DNA of 64,000 bases from the NCBI GenBank assembly GCA_009103225.1, contig RHPI01002402.1, positions 186,001 through 250,000 on the forward strand. Direction: 5' to 3'. Source of the stretch: Chlorokybus atmophyticus. Taxonomy: Eukaryota; Plantae; Mesostigma and Chlorokybus algae. Of this stretch, positions 25,401 through 35,012 are shown piece after piece. Positions within the stretch are counted from its first letter, which is position 1. Each line of letters opens with the position of its first letter. The notes beneath the pieces were generated by a model. It was given only the letters and a program-made list of their open reading frames with translations, was not told where the DNA came from and did not search any database. A program made the position numbers and the translations under genes.

Positions 25401-25803
25401 CAGTTGCTGTAGGAGATGGAGACGGCCCAATCATAATCAGGATATGAAGGGGGTATCAACTTCGCAGGCACAGCCACACGTGTTGGCGACTGCAGCACTG
25501 AGCGTAGATGAATCTGCATACACATGGGAATTTGGAAGCAAAGTCACAGCAGAAGACAAAGAAAAACTGTTGGCGTTGCTCAAGGAACATTGAAAAGCAT
25601 TTGCTTTCAACATGCAAGAGCTGGGTCGCTGCAACATATACGAGATGGACATACAATTTAACACAGAAGAGCCCATCTTGCGAAGACAGTGCCCACTTAG
25701 TTAAGTAGAGAACGAAGGAGTGAAGCAGGAATGTGATGACCTTACAAAAGCTGGATTGATTGAAGAGTTGATCTCCAGCTATGCGTCTGCTGTAGTCATG
25801 CCT
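22500..25803 (+). mobile_element. Decayed Ty3/Gypsy retrotransposon, 5' part: gag, aspartic protease, C5 DNA methyltransferase, start of RT
   Basis: Degenerate zinc knuckle ECQHCGR-GHTEQ (about 22836-22875); protease IRVNGNLPWHILVDTGAELA (about 23630-23690); MTase domain (see next feature); RT N-terminus LLALLKEH*KAFAFNMQELGRCN..IQFNTEEPI..DLTKAGLIEE..SYASAVVMP, ending abruptly at about 25803. Includes a 24-bp tandem duplication at 23314-23360. Confidence 0.88.
24367..25320 (+). pseudogene. Cytosine-5 DNA methyltransferase domain (DNMT3-like fold) encoded within the Gypsy pol
   Basis: Motif I GVCLA-IFDGTASGL (FDG 24392-24400); IDMMIAGWECQGHSRAG (catalytic Cys, WECQ 24647-24658); DPRS-LFWELVRVL; degenerate ENV motif (x-NVP 24792-24800); motif VIII LDAAQFGSRAHQSRVLWTN (24877-24933); motifs IX-X EPTADELERKRAMEFLPGAT*APGLTEQQRRMLLGQA. 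About three frameshifts and several stops. Confidence 0.85.
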
Positions 25804-25859
25804 AGATAGCTTGCTAGTGGTTCAAAAGCCAGTGGCTGACAGCGGCTGTGTAGTCGCCG

Positions 25860-26525
25860 CACATGTCATCACACAACTACAACGCCACAGCAGCCTCCAC
25901 CACAACATCAACAACCACAACCACAAGTGCCCTACAACAACTACAATAGCACCATCACCATCACAACACCAACACCAACACGAACTTACACGCACAACTC
26001 AACAACAACTCCCACTTACACGGCGCTGCCGCAGGCGGCCACCTCACTGCATCATCAATCGCAACACCACACGCACGCATGCACGCAGTTACGCACGCAG
26101 CCAGCCACGCATGCACGCAGCCACGCAGTTACGTACGCATGCATGCACGCACGCACACACGCACGCAGTCACGCACGCAGCCGCGTACGCACGCATGCAC
26201 GCACTAGCAACATCACCAACTTCGCTACAACAACATCCACGCTCACAGCCCTGCCTCCTACAACGCAACGACGCCACCACCATCACACAACACCTACAAC
26301 TGCACGCAGGCACGCACGCACGCAGGCAGGCATGCACGCACGCATTATCACCATCACTGCACCAGCTACAAGACCACCCACCTCAACAAGCACGGTGCCC
26401 ACAAAAACAGCACTGTCACCCCCACAACAACACCATCATCACCACCACACCAACATCATCAACCACAACTGCAACAAAACTACAACGACAACACTACACC
26501 ACTGCCACCATTTCAGTCGTGGTTG
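25860..26525. repeat. Low-complexity (CAA/CAC)n and (CACG/CATG)n block
   Basis: Direct inspection. It produces spurious long His/Thr/Gln-rich ORFs. Confidence 0.85.
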
Positions 26526-27263
26526 TTGTTAGCTAGGTCAGCGTGTGGTAGACAGTTTAGTTAGTATTCCTGTCGAAGAGATGAGATTGCTTGGTTATGA
26601 AGGCAGCGTTGTGTCGTACATAGGTTAGCACATATGCCAGCTAGGCATTACTGTCGTAGATAGTTAAGTGTAGGCAGCATAAGTATACCAGCCTTTCTGT
26701 CGTTGCTGAGTACCGTCCATGTCCAGATAGTGTCGTCCCACTACTGCTGCCTGCAGTCACCTATGCGCAGATGCGCATATTTGTCTGATCCGCTGGCTGC
26801 CTCGCAGCCATGCCGCGGCCGACAACAACAAGCCAACTACATCAACTAACAACCAACAGTACAAGCGCCCATACTACCAGCGTCAGTACTATTCACGCTA
26901 CCCTGATCACGCGGAGGGATTACGAGACAAACGCCAGCGGGAGAAGTAAGATGGCGACCGCCATGTAGGATATCTGATCGTGCACAGTCACTGTACAGTC
27001 ACTGTAGCCACAGCATAGCCGTGTACAGTCCAAACCTCCTTGTTAATACACATCCTTGTGCCATCAAACTGGACATTGCTATCGCTTCAGAGGATGCAGA
27101 TGCACCTCTGCCTGCCATGGCCTACATCACTGTTGCATGACGACGATGCCGCAACGCCGGCTGCTGTTGTTGACTACGACGCTCTGGACCAGAGCAACCG
27201 CTGCATGCTGCAGGCGGTGATGCGCCGCCTCTGACTTGGCCGCCAGAGCGGCAAGCACGCCCA

Positions 27264-29352
27264 TTGGCGCAGACTGAGCAGGAGGACATGGTAGCTGCCG
27301 TCCTGCACGACCTGGCCCGAGTTCCCGACCAGCCTGGTCTGCAAGAATTGACTGATGAGCGGTGGCATAATCACCTGGCCACGTTCATGCATGATGCACA
27401 GCAATTTGTGGCAGCCTTACCAACCCTGCACATGCCAGCGTGGGAGAAATGGTTGCAAGCTACTCGTCATCCTCTGGCACCGCGAGTGCGCAGATGGCTG
27501 CGAAACGGCTACCCGCTGCGCTTTCAACGCATTGCGCATGCGGAACACGACAAGTACACACAGGTGCACAAGCTGTTGCGGCGTGAAGGTCTGTCGCAGG
27601 AGGAGGTGTGCCAGCAGAACTCGAGCCGTCTCACGGAGCTTCAGTTCAAGAGCACAAAGACTTTTTGTTGGCCGTGCTGCGCAATCTGGTAACCACCGGA
27701 GCCATCTCCCCCGCATCACGTGAGGACTTGACGGTGTCCGGCATGGGTGTCGTTGTCAACACCTCGGGTAAGAAAGCGGCTGGTCATTAACCTGCGCTAC
27801 ATAACCATGTTCCTCGACAATATCCCATTCCACTATGAGAGGCTGACAGACATCTTGCATTACACAGAACAAAACGCGTATCAAGTGACCCTTGACATGA
27901 AATCGGGCTACCATCACATCCCCATCGCCAAACCAGAGAGGAGGTTCCTTGGCGTTGCTTTCGATGGACACTACTTCAAGTGGAACGTTCTTCCCTTCGG
28001 CCTTAATCAGGCCTGCTTCGTGTTCACCGCAGTGCAGTCCGTGGTGCACCGTCCGCTGCGCGAGGCCGGCATTGGTACTGTCGCCTATATAGACGACATG
28101 CACATGGCGCACACGGACCATGCGCATCTACGCTGGAGGCTGCAACTCGTGTGGAAGCTATTTGCTGCGCTGAGTTGGTTCTTTGGGCTACCTAAGTGCA
28201 TTCTCGACCCAGTGCAGCAGCTGCAATTTCTAGGGCTCGTCATCAACACAGTGAACACCACGTTTGCCATTCCTCAACACAAGCTGCAAGCCCTACATCA
28301 ACTGCTGCAAGCATTGCAAGAGCGGGACTGCTTGACGAACAGGGAGTTTGCGAGCCTAGCCGGCAAGCGAATGGCCTATAAAATCGCAGTACCACCAGAA
28401 TCCCTCTTTGCTAACACGCTCATGCAGGCAGTGCAGCTGGCCGATGGATGGGATCATCAGAGCACCGTCTCGGATGACTTGCGTGCTTTCGCGATTTGGT
28501 TGCAGTCAGCGCTGCCCCGCTACAACGGTCACGCCTGGTGGCCGCCTCCCACTTCCTTGTTACCGTCAGCGGACGCCTCGGGCACTAGAGGATGGGGGGC
28601 CTCCACACCATGGGGTCCCCTGCTTGGCAACTTCGATACGACGGAGCTAGCCCTACCCTCTGCCATCAAGATGGCATCAGCCTACATCAGAGTGCTGAGT
28701 GAGGCTACGCGCACAGCTCCGCAGTTGGCCCACACTACTGTAGGCATATGTGATTGATTCAGCCAGCCTTGGCGGCCCTGCGCAAGTTGTCCTCATCGTC
28801 CCCCTACCTGCGCGGAAGGAGTCGTACAGCCTGTGGGAGTTGTTGTGGGCGCGAGACTTGCGCCTTCACTTGGTCTGGCAACCTCGTTCGCACCTGCAGC
28901 AGGACGACGAGCTGTCGAAAGTGGAGGATCCCTCAGATTGGGCTCTGTGCACGCGGCTGACATAACAGGGCATGCATCGCTTTGGTACGCCTTCTCTGGA
29001 TGTCTTCGCATCTGCGAACACCAAGGCCCGTACCTTCTTCGCGCTGTTCCCGATGCCAGGCTCGGTTGGTAAAGCCCTCACTACCAACTGGACAGCCGCT
29101 GGTAGCCGCCCGCTGTTGTGGGTGTTGCCGCCTTTGGGCCTGCTGCCGACAGCCGTTAGGCTGCTGCACTTGTATCACATGCCTGCCATTGTCATTGTAC
29201 CTGCATGGCCGCAGCTGTTGAGCATGCCGGCACGAGATCGCTGGCTGCTGCCTGCACAACGGGACATGTTTGTGACCTGGTGGGGAGCACGTGTGCCGGA
29301 CCACATTAGCACGCCGGGCAGGTACCCACATATGGTCCTGCGCCTGTTCTAG
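27264..29352 (+). pseudogene. DIRS pol: reverse transcriptase, RNase H and N6-adenine methyltransferase-like domain
   Basis: VRRWLRNGYPLRF; KRLVINLR; TLDMKSGYHHI; WNVLPFGL; AYIDD; RNase H ADASGTRGWGA and DDELSK; MT-like FGTPSLDVFASANTK..W..LLWVLPP..AIVIVPAWP. Frameshifts near 27770 and 28750, stop at 28963. Confidence 0.9.
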
Positions 29353-29924
29353 TCGCAGCCTACCTGCAAGTAGTGCTGCACCATCTGCTTAGTGCGCCAC
29401 AGTCCCTGTTGCTGCAGCTGTGCTGGGCTCATGCCAGCCAGGTGCCCTTCGCGCACACCTCCACGCCGCAGCCTGTGCGTGCTCAGCCCAAGTCGAAGGA
29501 TGCCAGCGGCCAGCACATGTCGCTTGAAGACGACGTTGCAAGCAGCGCTGCTCAGGTGCCCTGGCGACCAGCGGCGGCGGCTCTGGTGCAAGGGCCTGAA
29601 CACATACCCCTCCAGCAGCGGCATGCCAGTAGCGGCGGCGGCTCGCAAGAACGCTGCCAATGCTTCTTGAAACTCGATCCCACACTGGCTGCGCACTAAC
29701 TGTATGGCGGGTGCAGGTTGCCGCTGATGGTTCTTGAGCAGCCCGGGCTGCACCACCGCCTCCTCGCCCATGTGCAGGCTCTCCAAGCTCAGCCGGGCCC
29801 CTTCTCCAGCTCGCTGCCAGCTTTGCCACAGATATAGCAATAGGGCTTGATCCCGCAATAGTAACACCTGTGTGAAAACGTTCAGTTGCTCTCTCACACT
29901 CTGCTGCAGTTTGCGTTTGTGCAC
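29349..29924 (-). CDS. Tyrosine recombinase catalytic domain of the DIRS element (inverted; N-terminus missing)
   Basis: Uninterrupted ORF with the R-K-H-R-W-Y set: WQRAGE, LKNHQ, STHRLRRGG, GLWRT, VQHYL. Confidence 0.9.
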   Translation of the reverse strand: MHKRKLQQSVREQLNVFTQVLLLRDQALLLYLWQSWQRAGEGARLSLESLHMGEEAVVQPGLLKNHQRQPAPAIQLVRSQCGIEFQEALAAFLRAAAATGMPLLEGYVFRPLHQSRRRWSPGHLSSAACNVVFKRHVLAAGILRLGLSTHRLRRGGVREGHLAGMSPAQLQQQGLWRTKQMVQHYLQVGCD

Positions 29925-30019
29925 AAGTGCTCGCGCTGGCTCAATACCACCTCACCTAATCACTTCCTATTCACCACATACACTATGCGCGCATGCACAC
30001 GATGCCCAAGTTTTGCCGC

Positions 30020-30784
30020 GGTCGTGTCAAGAGCATTTGGGATCTCCAGCTGCCTTGAGTTATGACGGGTTATAGGTTTAGCCAATACGCTGCCTTGGGA
30101 GCATACAACCCATATTTTCTGCTGTATGGCCGCCATCCACAGCTGCCCGCTTTTATTAGCTAGTGAAAGCGGGCAGCTGTGTCTGCTAGCTCCTATAGAA
30201 GCTAGCAGAAGCAGTTGTGGACTTGGAATGGAATGAGCAGAGCTTTGTCAAAGAGCCCACTACTAAGGCAGCGTTATCTTAACGCACCATGCCCATTGCA
30301 ATAGACAATCTGGTCATTGCACACCATCCAGTCACTCAGCGTTACGGTCGGGTGCGCAGCGGGTTCTACAAGCTCCGCATGCAGAAGTTTGAGACAAGGT
30401 AACATCATGTTTATCTCCATTATCAAACCAAGGACACGCTGTGTACCAGTGCCAGCATTATGCTTCTTAGAGTCAGAGAGGTGCGCGACGACGGCGTGCT
30501 TCTATTTGAGGGCAGTGATGCCAGAACGTGCACAGCTTAGATGAAAATGTGCTCTTTGTCATCAACCCAATAGCGGGGCTGTGGACCCCAAGGCAGCTGT
30601 TCCCAACATCAGCCATCTATGTGAAGGCTGCGCATGCGCTGACGGAGAGGCTAGCATGCTGATGTGTGACGGATGTATAGCCGGCTGGCACATATTGTGT
30701 CTGTCACCACCATCGAGCAAGGTTTGTAAGGGAGATGAGATGTGTGAGGCTTGCCAGATGCGTTTGGCCAACTCAGGAGAGTAA
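30020..30784 (+). mobile_element. Gypsy 3' part: integrase C-terminal region followed by a PHD finger
   Basis: WDLQLP*VMTGYRFSQYAALGAYNPYFLLYGRHPQLP (about 30038-30148); MPIAIDNLVIAHHPVTQRYGRVRSG; LLRVREVRDDGVLLFEG; PHD CEGC..ASMLMCDGCIAGWHILCLSPP..CEAC (about 30620-30755). A purine-rich, PPT-like GGAGGGGTAGGGGAG follows at about 30795. Confidence 0.85.
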
Positions 30785-32709
30785 GGAGCCAACTGGAGGG
30801 GTAGGGGAGCTCGCTGTCCTAGTCACCATTCATGTTTCACATTTGAGGTACGATCAGATCCTCAACACACAGCGAGCTCCAATGCACAAAGAGCATATGT
30901 TCTCTCTCTCTTATGCACATTGCACAAGTTATACATGATCGAAGCCCATGTAGATTTCGTGCACATACACAAGGAGTATACATCTATACAGTTGCACACC
31001 ACGCGCAGGCATTGATCAATACCTATGGCAGCGTTAGTCAGCGGCACTCTTTTGCGCTGAGAGCAGGTTGGTCTGCTAGTGCATGTTGCTGCACCCATGC
31101 TAGTCGTAGTGCAAGCGTCCCCAACTCACAGCTCACGGGCGCTTCTCAACCACGCCGCGCAGAAGAAGGCATTCTACGCGCTGAACACCACCATTGCACT
31201 GAACCATCAACCCAGATCATGGGTTCCCGGTTGGTGCGGCCTCAATCACCCTCGTCCTAGCTGAACGGCACTTTCCGCGTATGCCTACGGAGGGGAGTCC
31301 AGTATCATGGAAGGACGGGCGCGTCTTCATCATATTTAGGCGGGCTTAGGCTCACGGAGGTGTCCATACATTGGGGAATTGCCGCCCCCACATTGGCAAT
31401 TGGGCCGGCGTTAACAGCAGCGCCCTCCTCATCCCTGCTTGGCCATGAGTACCACTTGGGCACGGATGATGCTCCTGTGCCCGCCTCCGCCATCATGGAT
31501 AATCCGGCTCACATGCACAGGATCAAGGGCGTGCAGCCTAAGGCATTGCGCATGCATTTGAGATGACAGGCCGATTTCCCGAAAAAGCAGAATCTAAAAC
31601 CACATGAATGATGGTTATCGAGCCCCAGCCCACACGACAGCTACTAGCACGACAGGGTTGAGGCAGCCATGCCAGTGCGGGCGCTTGTGCCCGCTGAACC
31701 ACAAACGATAAATGAGGATGCGGCGCTGAGGATGGGGTGAGGCGCGCAGGATGTCTCCACGCTCGCGTGTACAAACGTATGCTGCAGTTGGTGTGCGGGC
31801 GTGTCTATGCGTATGCGTAGTGTTGCTTGTGCTAGCACACGCGATAGCGAGTCTTGTGATGCAGCTGATATATATACTTGTTTTGGGTTGTCGTGTGTAC
31901 ATGTGCATGAGGTACCCGCAATAGGGTACCCACAATACTTGGACATGAGATTAGGCGTGTAGAATTGGACTTGGTGATGATGGTACGACATTATCCCGCG
32001 GATTGGAATGGAGTTGGTGGGGTGTAGAAGGTAGAGAGTGTGGAGCCCACTTGCACAAGCCAATGAGTGAGCTGCAGAGGGGAGCAAAGGTTTGCAGCAA
32101 ACCAGCAGACAACATGGCAGTGAATGCGAATGTATAATGCAACCAAACGGGCCCACTACCTCATCATCACATGCATTCTACAATTACATCTGCACAGACT
32201 TCTATATTCCGAAAATTTATTGGCTTGAACCCCTAGACACAGCAAGCGGGTGCGTTCAAGCCAATGATTTTGTCTCAAAGTAATTATCAGATTGGTGATC
32301 ATGTATTTACTCCGGGCAGGCGGTTTCCCGCCCTTTCCCCGTTTCTAGAACGAGTGCTTGCATGGAGAGTAACCATTGCACCACCCCCGCCCCGGGTGGT
32401 GCTGATGGTGGTGCAATTCTCGAGATGCCCTCAGGCACATGTAACCAGGATTGCTGGCCCTGGGCAGTGGTTGCCTTGTAGCACCAACATCTACACTGCA
32501 TTACAACTGATGCCACACCTAACAAAAAGTGATCTCAAGTTAACAACTCAGCAGCTACCTGCTACGCTTACACTGTACATCCTGATATCACCATGACAGT
32601 AGCAATTGCAGCAACGCGACCGGCTAGCCTCAATGCGCCATGCTAACACCTTTGAGTGACTTGCCCCAAGGCGCAGAGAGCCAGCATTGCTGCAAAAAGG
32701 CAGCAGTCG

Positions 32710-33386
32710 TTATCTTTTCACCTCACTGCTGGTCCGATGGCTTGTCATGGACTCCTCAGGTTCTGAGCCTGCAGGTGAGTCCTGTGCCGGCTCTGCCGTT
32801 GCAGCTGCAGAAGCAGTGACTGCCTCCTCTGCCTGTTGTTCTGCAGCTTCCCTTGCAGTTGGAGAAGCACCAGGTGAGGCGCGTGCAATGCCAGATGCCA
32901 TCGGAGAAGATGCGTGTTCCTCCTGCAGGTCGGAGCGGGTGCCATTGCAGTAATTGCAGTATCGGCATATGTACATCGTCTCCAAGTCCTCTCTCCTGCT
33001 CAGTCACATGAAGTCAGGGCAATGCAATAAGGAAGCATAGCTGGAGCTGTGAAGGCACGCAACACACCTGGCAAGGCCATTGTGCATATGGCAGTTGCAG
33101 CATATCAGCGCAAAGCACTGGGTTGGATCCTCCCCAACCAGCATAGCTGCCATGCGAGCGAGCAACCCAGTACTTGCAGCGAGTTCAGCACCCATGCCTT
33201 GCTCGCCATGGTCTGCAACACAGACACCAACCGTGTAATGATAAGCACGGAGCAGACTTCTGGCGCAAGTTAACACTGATATGCACAACCAGCTTGCTGC
33301 TACCTGCTGCTCTAGGTGTGCCGGCTGGCATGCTACTGCTGCGCTGAGGTCGTCTCCTAATGCCAGTCTGCCGCTGCCGCTGCTGC

Positions 33387-33422
<36 letters not shown>

Positions 33423-34478
33423 GTTTTGCCATCATTGCCAGCAGCTGCCTCTTGCCGCATCTCCTCGGCAGCGCTTTTGTCATACTTTTGTAACAGGTTT
33501 AGTGTTGCATTGTAGGCCGTACGCTCCTTCAGCTCCTCAATCAAAGATTTCTTTTTCTCTTCGACCTGCCACACAGGTGCAGAGTAACTGATCTGTCGCA
33601 TCTGTGTGTGCATGACCTACAGCAGACATGTAACCCAAGCTGTGCGTATGGACAGCACACAGGTGAGGTACTACGATGCGTGACCATGTGCACCATTAAC
33701 ATATTACCTTATGGAGTCGCGCCTTATCACCACGGTCGCGTGCCTCCAGTACAAACCGGGTAAGTTTCCAAAACATCAACAACAGCACCGGGAAGGCTAC
33801 GGACGGGGATGCGAACAATAGCCGTTGCTTGATTTCAAGACGAGGCTGCCGTCCGTACACTAGCGCAATTACCAACAAGGCCATTTCTACAAGAAACCCA
33901 TACAAAGCCAGTGACTGCGCAAATCTGCGCCGTAGTCGTGCACGCGCATTGAGTCGCCCCTGCAAGATACGCAATGAGGCTGGAGGATTTTAGCCATGAG
34001 CAAAACGGCTTCAGACAACACAAGATAACAGTGCATGACCGCATGATGCATGGAACATAACCATGTGCCTGCTTGAGTCAGCATTTGAAGTGCAACATGC
34101 AATGAATACGTACGAAACATAGTATGAGAGATGAATTGTGGTGTCTGAGACACAAGACTTCAAAAAACCTCTCTCCAATCTCCGACTAGCAGTCAACAAC
34201 TGTGTGAAAATATGGATAGCTGCAAAGCCTGCCAGGCTGCCACGAGTGCACGTCTAATCGTGCATGCGTGGCATTTTGTTACGCGTATGCAAGCTTTAAA
34301 GCAGCACACGCACTGCTAATTCAGAGCCTGGCCATAGAAAACCCCGGACATCTAATCGCACCTGCAGAGCCTTGGCATCATTCGTAAGCTTTTCAAGCGA
34401 CTTCTCATAAGTTGCTGCCTGCGGCAAGTAGCCTCGGCCACCTCCACCTCTCCACAACCTGGACACCAGCAGCCCCAT
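32710..34478 (-). CDS. LNPK: Lunapark (ER three-way junction protein), multi-exon
   Basis: N-myristoylation start MGLLVS; YEKSLEKL coiled coil; two TM segments; EEKKKSLIEELKERTAYNATLNLLQKYD; poly-Gln from (CTG)n at about 33389-33420; LLARMAAMLVGEDPTQCFALICCNCHMHNGLA and YICRYCNYCN zinc ribbon. Confidence 0.92.
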
Positions 34479-35012
34479 CCAGGACGCCGTGTGCTCCCTG
34501 GCTGGCTTGACGCAAATCAGCCAGAGGTGCGCACTTGCATGTCATGCCAAATCTTCCATGACAAGGCGTTCGCTAAGCGACCCGATTGCTCATGGTGATG
34601 GGCAGCTCGCCCATAACACGGCTTACGACCACCTCGTCAATGCCACCCACGGCGTCAAAACCATCGCTGCCCACACCCTAGAACTGTTAGGGTTGCATGC
34701 TTGTGCGCCAGCCTTGTGCCACCGCACAAGACCTGTGCGCATCGCACAAGCAAATTGTGCTCCAGATAGTCCGTTGCTGTCCTACCTTTGAAATTACGAA
34801 TTTTTGGGAAAGGCGGGCTTTGGTTAGGTTTAGGGTTTGGGCGGCGGCGGTGGTGACGGCGTGGTGGTTGCCGTGGACAGGGGCGGCGGGCGGGTGTGGA
34901 ACTGGAGGAGGCGGACGGGGACGAGGATTACACGGACGACGGGAAGGACTTGGTTGTGTGGCGCACATCTCGGAGATAAGCGGTGGCTGCTGCTGCCTTC
35001 TATGGTAGTGGG

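Larger units (their letters stand above)
25804..30000 (+). mobile_element. DIRS-type (PAT/kangaroo-like) tyrosine-recombinase retrotransposon inserted in the Gypsy; right end truncated or unclear
   Basis: Gag-like tail (about 26810-26950), RT-RNase H-MT on + and YR on -. Boundaries inferred from where Gypsy homology stops (25803) and resumes (about 30020). Confidence 0.8.

Noticed and set aside
25811-26536. 241-aa and 201-aa His/Thr/Gln-rich ORFs
   Set aside because: Translation of low-complexity CAA/CAC/CACG repeats with no domain signal.
30138-30189. Helitron 3' end (hairpin followed by CTAG)
   Set aside because: CTAG is not followed by T, no 5' TC end or Rep/helicase is present, and the flanks are continuous Gypsy integrase.
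22480-30200. 14-bp inverted match TTCTATAGGAGCTA (22480-22493) / TAGCTCCTATAGAA (30187-30200) as terminal inverted repeats of one composite element
   Set aside because: The right copy lies inside Gypsy integrase sequence and the match does not extend. Several chance 14-mer inverted matches are expected in 64 kb (about 64000^2/2/4^14, roughly 8).
31270-31330. Possible missing Copia 5' LTR (short similarity to 18375-18450)
   Set aside because: Only two short words (TATGCCTA, GTCTTCA) match, with inconsistent spacing and no TG..CA ends or PBS.
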